This document shows positions 17,368 through 26,173 of a DNA stretch of 39,786 bases, in pieces (within the stretch, counting starts at the first letter, position 1; each line of letters starts with the position of its first letter). The DNA comes from Armatimonadota bacterium (GTDB lineage: Bacteria > Armatimonadota > Armatimonadia > Armatimonadales > Armatimonadaceae): NCBI GenBank assembly GCA_043754515.1, contig JAYUUO010000121.1:1-39786 (forward strand). The letters are read 5' to 3'. The position numbers and the translations under genes were made by a program. The notes beneath the pieces are model-generated. The model did not search any database and was not told where the DNA came from. It saw nothing but the letters and a program-made list of their open reading frames with translations.

Positions 17368-19155
17368 CTACGCGGCCTTCTTAATATACGTCAGCGGTTT
17401 GCGGTTGTTACGCCCGGCCTGATCTTTTTTGGCGATCCCGGCGAGATACAGCGCGGTCGCGTACACGTCGCCGTGGTTCGGGATCAACGCCATATACTCG
17501 TCGTACTTCGCCTGTTTGAACGCGGCGTGCTTCGGGTCATCCCAGCCGACAGGCCCTTCACCCGTTATCGCGTTGAAGTCCGGGTGCGACTTGCCGTCCG
17601 GCAGGAGCGGAACCGCCAGCATCGTTTTCGAGCCGACACCGCCCCACTGCCGGTCGCCCTGCACGGTGCCGCCCAGAAATGCCGCCGAGGTGACTTTCCA
17701 GTGCTGGGAGATGTCCTGTCCGTCAACCATCTTCTGCTTGTCAGACTCCGGCATCGTGGATTTCAGGATGCTGTCTACGTCCCCGTGGATCGTTCGCCCG
17801 AACTCGGACGTCAGCACGATGGTCGTATGTTCCCAGATCGGCTTGCCTGTGCGGCGGTGCGGCGTCTTCTTAAGCAGTTCGACAAGTGCCGTGAGCGGCT
17901 CCCAGAGTTGCCGCTTGAGCATGTCGGTCTGGTCAGGCTGGCCGCGCGGCGTCTTGCGGTCATTCTCCCATAGATCCTTGCGACCATGGTGCGAGTCGAA
18001 GCTACGTATGTCACGCGTCTCGATCCACGCCACGCAGGACAGATCCTGGCGTAGCAGCTCGTATGTCATCATCGCTTGGACGTTCGTGCTCGGACAGAAC
18101 TTGGTGCGCGCTTTATTCCCGTTCACGCTCTGGTACGTGATCAGCTCGTCGCCCGGCTTGACGTTAAACTTCGCCTTGAGTTCGGCGTCGTAGAACAGCG
18201 TGGAGAGCATATTGCGGTCCAGCTTCTTGCCCGCAGCCGTCAGGTTTCCGTAAATCTCGCGCGCCGAGTTGTACGCCTTGATCGTCTCGATGCTGCTGTC
18301 GCGGCGCAGATGGACGTGCGAATCATCCAGAAACCGCTCGATCTGCCGGTTCACCACGTCGCTCGAATTGCTGTGCATACGGAGCAGGAAGTCGCGCAGG
18401 TTCGCCGGGGTGCTGGCGTAAATCGTGTGCGCGTGCGCGGGGCCGAGGCCCGCGTAGTAGCCTTTGCGCCCCGTGTACTGCACCTCGTTCAGCTCGCCGT
18501 CCGATAGCCACCAGTGCCACGAGACGTTCGGGAGCACGTGCCCCTGGCCGTAGGTTTGCGCGAACGCCTGCGTTACGGAACGCTCGTCATTTTCGCGCTC
18601 GCCCTGAAGGTGCAGGTCATACGACCCCATGTGCGCCTTGAGGCGGTCGCCAGAGTGGAACTCGCCGGTGTGCATGGACGACAGAACGGCCATGTCCGCG
18701 AACAGACTCTTGCCCCCTTCGGCAAGATACCCGTGCCGTATGTTACCGGTCTTCGTGATGTAGTGGTCTGGTTGCCCCCACTTCAGGACGCGGTACCGCT
18801 CGTTGCTGATCTGGGCGGCGGGGAGACGCGTGACGACGTTGTTCGCGGTATCGAGCGGGCTGAACATGTCGTAGCTCTCCCACCCGCCTTCCACGAACCA
18901 GTAGATCAGGTAGTGCGGATCGGCGGCTTCCTGGACTTTCGCGGCGATGCTGTCGGCGAAGGCGCGGCCCTCGCGCGGGTCGCCGTGGCGCATCAGATAG
19001 TTCAGAAAGTCCGCCGCGCCCAGCGCGAGTCCGGTCTGCGCACCGCGCCGCAGAAAGGAGCGGCGGGACAGAACGCGCGGGTCAACCGTCGGCTTCTCCA
19101 GCGGACTGTCGTATTGGGGCGGGCCCATTTCGGGGCAGGGTTCATGCTGGCTCAT
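17368..19155 (-). CDS. Tat-exported DUF1501-family protein
   Basis: Twin-arginine SRRSFLR; GGWESYDMFSP, FDSH, TTIVLTSEFGRT and SQHW motifs. ATGA overlap with the upstream gene. Confidence 0.8.
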   Translation of the reverse strand: MSQHEPCPEMGPPQYDSPLEKPTVDPRVLSRRSFLRRGAQTGLALGAADFLNYLMRHGDPREGRAFADSIAAKVQEAADPHYLIYWFVEGGWESYDMFSPLDTANNVVTRLPAAQISNERYRVLKWGQPDHYITKTGNIRHGYLAEGGKSLFADMAVLSSMHTGEFHSGDRLKAHMGSYDLHLQGERENDERSVTQAFAQTYGQGHVLPNVSWHWWLSDGELNEVQYTGRKGYYAGLGPAHAHTIYASTPANLRDFLLRMHSNSSDVVNRQIERFLDDSHVHLRRDSSIETIKAYNSAREIYGNLTAAGKKLDRNMLSTLFYDAELKAKFNVKPGDELITYQSVNGNKARTKFCPSTNVQAMMTYELLRQDLSCVAWIETRDIRSFDSHHGRKDLWENDRKTPRGQPDQTDMLKRQLWEPLTALVELLKKTPHRRTGKPIWEHTTIVLTSEFGRTIHGDVDSILKSTMPESDKQKMVDGQDISQHWKVTSAAFLGGTVQGDRQWGGVGSKTMLAVPLLPDGKSHPDFNAITGEGPVGWDDPKHAAFKQAKYDEYMALIPNHGDVYATALYLAGIAKKDQAGRNNRKPLTYIKKAA

Positions 19156-22100
19156 CGGGTTTCTTTCGTGGGCGCGGTCCGCGATTCGGCGGGGCGTGAG
19201 ATGCGGCCGTGGAACCGCGTTAGTAGCGCGAGCCGCCGCGCCCGCGCCTGGGCGGGCAACTCTTTCGTTGGCGCGGTGACCGCGCTATTCAAATATTCCG
19301 GCGAAAGCACCAATGCCTTGATCAGCGGACGGATCGCGTAGTGAGTGCTTGCGGTCGTCGCCCAGAGGCGGCGGTACAGCCCGCGCTCGTCGGCGTCGTA
19401 GCGCAAGTCGCGCCCGAAGTACCAGATGAAATGCGTCTGGAGCATCGCGCGGATGAACCGCTCCTTGTTCTGCGCCTGCGTCGCGAACGCTTGCAGTCCC
19501 GCGCCCTTGAACGGGTACGAGGCGACGACGGCCTGGTCGGACGCGTCCAGCATCATGCCGGTGTCGTCGTGCATACGGAACACGCCGCTGTCGTCCCAGT
19601 GGCGACGCTGATACGCAAGCGGGGTCAGCACCTTATGGCACGAGTAGCAGACCGATTTCGGGTCGGTAGTCGCGGACGCCGTCAGGCCGTTGCGCACTTT
19701 CAGCACCTCATCCGGCACCTCGAAGACGTAGCCAAGAAACTTCTCGCACACCTGCGCCGGGTAGTTGAAGTGCGGTAGACCCGGCTTGCCTTCGATAAAG
19801 CCCTTCATGGTCAGTACGCCCGTCTTACCGTAGAACGCCGGGCGCGCCTTTCGCTTGCCGCCCGTGTCCACCGTATAGTCCGCCGTCAGAATCTCCTTGA
19901 ATGGGCGGTCGTGCGTAGCGATATACGTCCACAGCCGCGCCGGTTCGTCCTGTTCGGGCGTGCCGTGCGACTCGATATACAGCCGGGTTCGCCGGAAGTA
20001 GAAGTCCTGAAACTCCGGCAGTGTCAGGTATTTGTCTACCAGCGCGGACAGCGGCTCGCCGCGATCCACCCGAGCCAGTTCGTCCGCGCTGGGCGTCCGC
20101 GCCAGAATATCCTGCGCGATCTTGACCAGTTGTAAGCGGCGACGCTGTTTCGGGTCGGTCGTGGTCATCAGCGAGCGCGGGCGGGTGAACAGGAAGTCCG
20201 GGTGCGCGAGCAACGCGCGGGTTAGTCCTTCCCACGCGGCTTGTTGCGCGGTCAATGCGGGCGCGACGAACGCCAGGCGCGGCGCGTCGGGGTTTCCAAG
20301 CACGACGCGCGGCCCGCCGATCTGCTCCCAGTGGTAGTGGAGCGGCGACTGCTGGATATTGAACGAGCTAGACGCGTCCACCACCACCTGTGCGCCGACA
20401 TGCGCGTGGTAGGGGTAGACGATGCGGGCGATCGGCGACGACGCCCGCGCATGTACCACTACCGGCACGTTGGTCTCGTTGTCCACCTGACCCGGGAATA
20501 TCAAGCCGACCTTGTAGAACCGCGCCGGATCGAAGCCGCTTTTTCCCACCGATAAGGGCGTGTACAGCAGGCTCAGGTTCTCTACCTTCGCGCCCTTGTC
20601 GTCGGTGTCCTGCAAAATGTCGGGACCGACCGTGTTGTACGGGTTAAACGCACCGACCTGGAACTTGCCCCACTTGTCGCGTCCGGTCGCGGTCGCGCCG
20701 CGCAGGGTCAGCACCGGCGCGGCTCCGGTTACCGGTGCGTTAAACGCGGTCGGGAGAACGGGCGCGGGCGCGGCGGTGTCAACCGGGGCGAGACGAACCG
20801 CGTCCGCGACGACGCGTTTGTGTGTGTTCTCGTTGCGCACCTCGACGCCGTCACCCGGCGCACCGAACTGAAACGCGGTGCCGAGGTCCCAGGAGGCCAG
20901 CGAATCAGCGGTTTCGTCAACGGCGAACGTCGCCTCGTTACGAGGCGGTAGCGGCTGGGCAGGCGGAACGGCGAGGCGACTCCGTTTGTCCCCTGACACA
21001 ACTTCGACCAGTACATTATCCGCTCCACTGGTCGGTGCGCCACGGCGGCGGTTTTTAGTACCAGGCGCGGGTGTCGTCGGCTCCGGGAATCGTCGCCATG
21101 TCAGGGCGATCTCGTAGGTCCCGGATTTCGTGACAGGGAGCGGGAATGTTACCCGCGAGCGCCCCTTGTTCTCGTTCGCGTCCTCGTAGGAGGTGAAGTT
21201 GTCCTCACCCCGGATGTGCCAAGCCCCTTCGGCGCGGATGGCGGCATCGGTGATCGGGACCACCGTCTCATCGCGCGCGGGGAGCGGCCCGCGGAGCATG
21301 ACCGAGGAGACCGAAACGTTCCCGTGCGTCCCCTCATTCGTAACGGTGACCGTCTGACCAGCGTCGCCCGCGACGAGCGCGAACGGCTGTTTAAGCGTCA
21401 CGGACGCCGTACGCGGCGCGGCTTTTTCGTCGGGCTTAAAAGTGTCTTTGCTCTGATCCACGAACTCCGAAACCAGTGCGCGCGGGTTTGCCGAGACCCG
21501 GACCTCCACATCACGCGCCGTTGTCATGCCTTTATCATCACGCAAAGTGAGCGCGAACCGCAGGTCTTGCGGCGCGGTTAACGCGAGCTGATTCTGGGCG
21601 CGGTACACGTTTTGCAGGAAGCCGAGTGCCTCGCGCTGTTCTGCTGGGGACGGGTCGCGGAACAACATCCGGTTATACAGATTTCGGATCGCGGTCACGG
21701 TGGCGGGGTTCGTCTTCCCAGTCGAGACGGGGAGCGCGGCGGGAAACCCGGCGAAGGGGCCCGTGCGGGATAGGTACGCCCGCGAGGCGATGTCGCGCCC
21801 GAGCAAGTCAACCCCGGTCAGATATTCGGGCGTCGCACGGGTGCTCTCGTCGAACCGCTTGATGTAGTCCGCGCCGCCGAACATGTACGCGTTTTCGGCG
21901 AACAGGTCTCGCCCTTCGCGCTTCCAGTCGTCGCCGAAGATCGCGTGAACCTTGCCGCGCAACTGCTGGTACGACAGGAACGTGTTGTCCAGCCCCTCCG
22001 GCTGACGGGTACCGGCATACGAGGCAAGCAGATGCGCGGGGAACTGCTCGTCCGTGTGCGTCCCGCTCCCCTGACGCTTCTTCTGCAAGTCTTCGGCGAA

Positions 22101-22616
22101 CCGGGTGAACAACGCGACTTCAGCGGGTGTGAGCGGCGTCATGTCCACCGGCGGCATCTTGATCGTTTTGTCGGTCGTGGACACGCGCTCGATGATGGAC
22201 GCGTGGTTGTCGGGATCGAAGTGATCCTCCCCGAGCATCTTCAGGAACGCGGATTTGCTGTCTTTGAGTAGCAAAAACTGGGACGCGTTTTTCTGCCCGT
22301 GACACATAGTGCAGCCGCTACCGGAGCGGGTCATTATGGGCCAGAGTTCGCGGTCGAACCGCGCCTGGAACGCGGCGGAGTCGTTGGGGGCGAGTCCGGC
22401 AGCGGCCACGGATCGGGCGTTCGCGTCGCCCGTCTTCGCGAGTTTGTCGCGTTTGGGTTGCGCGGCTCGCGACGCCGAGAGCGTGATCACGCAGACGAGG
22501 GCGGCGGTCAGCGCCCAGCCGGCGACGGTGGAGCCGTCAACACGCTGACTCCCGCCCCCGAGATCGGCGCGGGTATCAATAGCGGCATTTTTCGGCGGGC
22601 AGTTGTTTCGACGCAT
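19152..22616 (-). CDS. Large di-haem cytochrome c, Planctomycete-type DUF1587/1595/1592/1588/1585-like, with inserted PKD and golvesin-like domains
   Basis: N-terminal hydrophobic segment; CTMCH...KMPP; LSYQQLRGKVHAIFG; LYNRMLFRDP...ALLAHPDFLF; GVLT...CYSCH; C-terminal LIKALVLSPEY. Confidence 0.75.
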   Translation of the reverse strand: MRRNNCPPKNAAIDTRADLGGGSQRVDGSTVAGWALTAALVCVITLSASRAAQPKRDKLAKTGDANARSVAAAGLAPNDSAAFQARFDRELWPIMTRSGSGCTMCHGQKNASQFLLLKDSKSAFLKMLGEDHFDPDNHASIIERVSTTDKTIKMPPVDMTPLTPAEVALFTRFAEDLQKKRQGSGTHTDEQFPAHLLASYAGTRQPEGLDNTFLSYQQLRGKVHAIFGDDWKREGRDLFAENAYMFGGADYIKRFDESTRATPEYLTGVDLLGRDIASRAYLSRTGPFAGFPAALPVSTGKTNPATVTAIRNLYNRMLFRDPSPAEQREALGFLQNVYRAQNQLALTAPQDLRFALTLRDDKGMTTARDVEVRVSANPRALVSEFVDQSKDTFKPDEKAAPRTASVTLKQPFALVAGDAGQTVTVTNEGTHGNVSVSSVMLRGPLPARDETVVPITDAAIRAEGAWHIRGEDNFTSYEDANENKGRSRVTFPLPVTKSGTYEIALTWRRFPEPTTPAPGTKNRRRGAPTSGADNVLVEVVSGDKRSRLAVPPAQPLPPRNEATFAVDETADSLASWDLGTAFQFGAPGDGVEVRNENTHKRVVADAVRLAPVDTAAPAPVLPTAFNAPVTGAAPVLTLRGATATGRDKWGKFQVGAFNPYNTVGPDILQDTDDKGAKVENLSLLYTPLSVGKSGFDPARFYKVGLIFPGQVDNETNVPVVVHARASSPIARIVYPYHAHVGAQVVVDASSSFNIQQSPLHYHWEQIGGPRVVLGNPDAPRLAFVAPALTAQQAAWEGLTRALLAHPDFLFTRPRSLMTTTDPKQRRRLQLVKIAQDILARTPSADELARVDRGEPLSALVDKYLTLPEFQDFYFRRTRLYIESHGTPEQDEPARLWTYIATHDRPFKEILTADYTVDTGGKRKARPAFYGKTGVLTMKGFIEGKPGLPHFNYPAQVCEKFLGYVFEVPDEVLKVRNGLTASATTDPKSVCYSCHKVLTPLAYQRRHWDDSGVFRMHDDTGMMLDASDQAVVASYPFKGAGLQAFATQAQNKERFIRAMLQTHFIWYFGRDLRYDADERGLYRRLWATTASTHYAIRPLIKALVLSPEYLNSAVTAPTKELPAQARARRLALLTRFHGRISRPAESRTAPTKETR

Positions 22617-22782
22617 CCGGCGGTACAGTTCCTATTCTACATCGTTGTGGCGAGAACACATCGGGGTTCGCGCGGTCACTGACTCACCGTATCAGCGCGT
22701 GAAGACCGTTCAAGGTTCCCACGTTAGAGTGGTGCAACCATCGTCCTTATTACTCGTTCTTGCTAAACTCCTGGATCTCCGG

Positions 22783-23226
22783 CTAGCTACCGGGCGGATC
22801 GACGGGAGCGATTTTGATCGGGACGTACTTTTTCGTGTTGTCATCAAGCACTAGGAAGTGACCGCCTGGGCTACTCAGAGCATCTTTCAACTTGTTCTGA
22901 AACGCCTTCTCATGCTCTTCGTCCTCATCATCCTTCTTGAACGTTTTCACATACCACGCTGTATAAAAGCAGTTTTTGTGGCTACCGGATAGATATATCC
23001 GGTGCCGTGAGGCTTTCCCGAACCTGTAATGGCGTATATGGTTGAGATCCGAGGGCAAGCCTTTCAGACTTCCAGAGTGGGCATCGAACGGTCCGGGATT
23101 CTTCTCGTTCGCGTCGTTCGCGAAGTTCACCAAACGCTTCTCGCACATTTGGTCCCTGTTGTCGCCAGTCCGGGCTAAATCGGCGAGTGCTTTCAGGGTA
23201 ATGTCGTTAACCCGCAGTGAGCACAT
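22783..23226 (-). CDS. Hypothetical protein, possible RelE/ParE-superfamily toxin
   Basis: Start at ATG 23226 with GGGGAG SD, overlapping the upstream stop. The pattern IRHYRFG-RHRIYL-YTAWYVKTFKK resembles the RelE beta-sheet. Confidence 0.5.
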   Translation of the reverse strand: MCSLRVNDITLKALADLARTGDNRDQMCEKRLVNFANDANEKNPGPFDAHSGSLKGLPSDLNHIRHYRFGKASRHRIYLSGSHKNCFYTAWYVKTFKKDDEDEEHEKAFQNKLKDALSSPGGHFLVLDDNTKKYVPIKIAPVDPPGS

Positions 23227-23587
23227 GGTCAGGCTCCCCTGCACGGAACGCGTCGCGCAGACCCTCGATTAGTTCCTTGTCGTCCGAGTTGAACTCATTC
23301 TCGAGCGCGTCTATGCCTACCATGGCAGTGTTGAACTGGGACAGACGACGCAGGAAATTGAACGCCCCGTTTATCTGAGAATAAGTCAGCCCGGGATACT
23401 CACGCATGATGTCGTCGTAGTCCACCAAGCCGTTGATAGCATCAATAAACTGATAGACGTAAACGGGTGTGCACCCCTCCCGCTCCAGAACAGGCAGGGA
23501 CTTCAGATCGCTATCAATCTTGACAAACCCGCCACTATAACTGGCCGCCTCATTGAACATGGGTATGATCATTAATGCTTGTTGCAT
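23207..23587 (-). CDS. DUF433-domain protein (putative antitoxin) with acidic C-terminal tail
   Basis: VKIDSDLKSLPVL...PVYVYQFIDAI...YDDIMREYPGLTYSQINGAFNF matches the DUF433 pattern. Confidence 0.7.
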   Translation of the reverse strand: MQQALMIIPMFNEAASYSGGFVKIDSDLKSLPVLEREGCTPVYVYQFIDAINGLVDYDDIMREYPGLTYSQINGAFNFLRRLSQFNTAMVGIDALENEFNSDDKELIEGLRDAFRAGEPDHVLTAG

Positions 23588-23600
23588 GCGAGCGTGTTCG

Positions 23601-23828
23601 TTAAATGTGAATAAGTAATTCGTCCGCGAGACTCACATTGTTACGTCTGCCTGAATACAGGGTTTGAGTCTGATTCATCTGGGACACCAAAAAGTAATTG
23701 CTGTTCTGTTCGGGCAACTCATGCTGAACAGCGTTGAACGGCCCTGCGGAGTGCTGAAAGCCCCTCTGCCTAGATCGGGGCGGTTCGGCGGCCGATTGGC
23801 GATTGATTGTCTCCGCGATTTTACTCAT
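23601..23828 (-). CDS. Small hypothetical protein (75 aa)
   Basis: ATG overlaps the upstream stop (ATGAGTAA); the ORF fills the gap in a co-directional run. No recognisable motif. Confidence 0.4.
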   Translation of the reverse strand: MSKIAETINRQSAAEPPRSRQRGFQHSAGPFNAVQHELPEQNSNYFLVSQMNQTQTLYSGRRNNVSLADELLIHI

Positions 23829-24198
23829 CCTTACTTCTACGCTCTTCCTCATCTGCCCGACCAGAACTGTTACCATGCATCTCGCTGAACGCGTCATTTA
23901 TGGTCTGCGCATCGAAATCGTTGAGAGATTTTAACCCATCACCATGTAAACGCTTCAACAGTCGGTATCTCGGGAACCAGTGCTCCATCATCTTCGTGAA
24001 GGACACATGATTCACCACTATTTTGTTCTCGAACTTGATCCTGTTCGCTGCCACCCCGTCGTCAACCGCACCGAAGTACAACGAAACATCCGTTGAGTTA
24101 ACGACCACATGTGTATAGTTCGCATAAGACGTCTTAGCGTCGAGTAAGTCAAGGTTCAGACGGGACTCGTCGGCATCATCTTTTGTTTCTTCAGCCAT
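23821..24198 (-). CDS. DUF3467-like protein
   Basis: SYANYTHVVVNSTDVSLYFG...KIVVNHVSFTKMM...LHG pattern; acidic ends; start at ATG 24198. Confidence 0.55.
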   Translation of the reverse strand: MAEETKDDADESRLNLDLLDAKTSYANYTHVVVNSTDVSLYFGAVDDGVAANRIKFENKIVVNHVSFTKMMEHWFPRYRLLKRLHGDGLKSLNDFDAQTINDAFSEMHGNSSGRADEEERRSKDE

Positions 24199-24469
24199 TT
24201 TTCTACCCTTCACCCGCGTACCCCAGAAATCTTCGCGTCACACATTAACACGGCCTCGTATCGCTTCCTGAGTTAGTGAACCCCAGGCGGCTACCGAACT
24301 GAGTGTCTCCCCCGGCACCGTTTTCGTGGAGATATCTTATCATAACTATCACCCGTCAGAGCCAATTTTTTCGGAGGCGAGTCGATATGTGGTTGGGATT
24401 AAATCAGAATAGGTGGTTATCGGCTTTCCACGCCGCGCGACGCACGCGCGGCGCGATACAATAACGAAT

Positions 24470-25825
24470 ATGTCTTCACACCTTCCCTTTGTGGAAACCG
24501 TACAAACCAGCACCCTGTCTAATGGTGTGCGCGTCATCACCGAATCCGTAGACTCCGTCGCCTCCGCCAGCGTGGGGATCTGGGTCGCCACCGGCTCCCG
24601 CGACGAGGAGCCGGAGCACCGCGGCATCGCGCATTTCCTGGAGCACATGCTGTTCAAGGGCACCGAACGCCGCCATAGCGCGAAAGACATCGCCGACGAA
24701 ATGGACAATGTCGGCGGCTACCTGAACGCGTTCACTGACAAAGAATACACCTGCTACTACGCCCGTGTGCTGTCGGGCGACGTGCCGCTCGCGTTGGATC
24801 TGCTATCCGACATGTACCGCAATTCGCGGTTCGACCCGGAGGAGACGGCGCGGGAGCGTAAGGTGATTCTGGAGGAGATCAAGGAGCGCGACGACGACCC
24901 GGATGATCTGGTGCACGACCTGTTCGCCGAAACCCTCTACCCCGATCACCCTCTGGGCCGCGCGGTGATCGGCACCGTGGAGACCGTCTCCGCGCTAGAG
25001 CCGGATCATTTGCGCGGCTACATGGCGAAGCGATACGGGCCGGGCGCGGTGATAGTCACGGCGGCGGGCAACTGCGACCACGCCCAAGTCGCGGACCTCG
25101 CCGAGCGGTATCTGGGCGACCTGCGTGGTCGCCACGAGGTTATCCCGGCGGTGCGGCCGGTCGCGGCACCCGGCGTGGTCTCGAACCACGTGCGACCGAC
25201 CGAGCAGGTAAACTTCGTGATCGGTGCGTCCGCGTTCGGCGTGCTGGACGAGGAGCGGTACGCGCTGACCGTGCTGAACACCGTTCTAGGCGACTCGATG
25301 GGCTCGCGGCTGTTCCAGGAGATCCGCGAGAAGCGCGGCCTCGGCTACACCATCGGCTCGTACGCCAACATGCACCGCGAAGGCGGTTACTTCGCGGTCT
25401 ACGGCGGGACATCGCCAGCCACCTATGTCGAGTGCATGGACACGGTGCGCGCCGAACTCGCCAAGATCCGCGAACACGGCGTCTCGGACGCCGAACTCGC
25501 GCGGGCGCGGGCGCAGGCGCGGAGCGGCCTGGTGATGAAGCAGGAGTCCATGTCGGCGCGGATGAGCCGCATCGGGGCGTCCGAAATCTACTACGGGCGT
25601 GTCGTCCCCCTCGCGGAGGCGCTGGAGAAGATGGACGCCGTGACGCCAGACGACGTGCTGTCGGTCGCCCGTGCCGTGATCCCCGAAGACCCAACGCAAC
25701 TAAACGTGACCGCGATCGGACCGCTCAAAAAGAAGCGGGTGGCCGCGGTTCGCAAAAGTGTATCCGCGCTGACGGGCGCGGGTATAACAACCACTGGAGG
25801 AACCAAACGAAGTGGCGGAAACTAG
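24470..25825 (+). CDS. M16 (pitrilysin) family zinc metallopeptidase
   Basis: TLSNGVRV, GSRDE, inverted zincin HFLEH, NAFTDKEYT and SRLFQEIREKRGLGY. Confidence 0.95.
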   Translation: MSSHLPFVETVQTSTLSNGVRVITESVDSVASASVGIWVATGSRDEEPEHRGIAHFLEHMLFKGTERRHSAKDIADEMDNVGGYLNAFTDKEYTCYYARVLSGDVPLALDLLSDMYRNSRFDPEETARERKVILEEIKERDDDPDDLVHDLFAETLYPDHPLGRAVIGTVETVSALEPDHLRGYMAKRYGPGAVIVTAAGNCDHAQVADLAERYLGDLRGRHEVIPAVRPVAAPGVVSNHVRPTEQVNFVIGASAFGVLDEERYALTVLNTVLGDSMGSRLFQEIREKRGLGYTIGSYANMHREGGYFAVYGGTSPATYVECMDTVRAELAKIREHGVSDAELARARAQARSGLVMKQESMSARMSRIGASEIYYGRVVPLAEALEKMDAVTPDDVLSVARAVIPEDPTQLNVTAIGPLKKKRVAAVRKSVSALTGAGITTTGGTKRSGGN

Positions 25826-26051
25826 CAACAGTATTAATCAGGTCTCGCGGTTCGACGCGCCCGACATCGAGTGCGACGGGTGCGCGACCGCCATTAAAAA
25901 TGCGCTGGGCAAATTACCCGGCGTGACCGTGGTCGCCGTGGACGTGGACGGCAAGCAGATCGCCGTCACGCACGAGCCGACCACGGCATCCGTGGACGGA
26001 CTCGTCGCCGCGCTCGACAAAGCCGGATTCCCGGCGACGGTTCAGAAGTAG
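25812..26051 (+). CDS. Heavy-metal-associated (CopZ-like) metallochaperone
   Basis: 79 aa, IECDGC metal motif, ends with ALDKAGF; GGAGG SD before the GTG. Confidence 0.88.
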   Translation: MAETSNSINQVSRFDAPDIECDGCATAIKNALGKLPGVTVVAVDVDGKQIAVTHEPTTASVDGLVAALDKAGFPATVQK

Positions 26052-26063
26052 CGGGCAGATCGT

Positions 26064-26086
26064 GGCGGGGCGGTAAACGCCCCGCC
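26064..26086 (+). terminator. GC-rich hairpin after the CopZ-like gene
   Basis: GGCGGGGCG-GTAAA-CGCCCCGCC with a weak U tract. Confidence 0.4.
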
Positions 26087-26173
26087 GAAAAGTTTCCCGA
26101 TAACCGCGTCGCGGCGGCGTAACCGATGATCCCCATTCCGCGTTTAGTAGGAAACAAAGGATCCGATGTCGTT

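Noticed and set aside
10772..24350. tRNA-anchored genomic island
   Set aside because: No integrase and no second copy of the tRNA 3' end found by eye.
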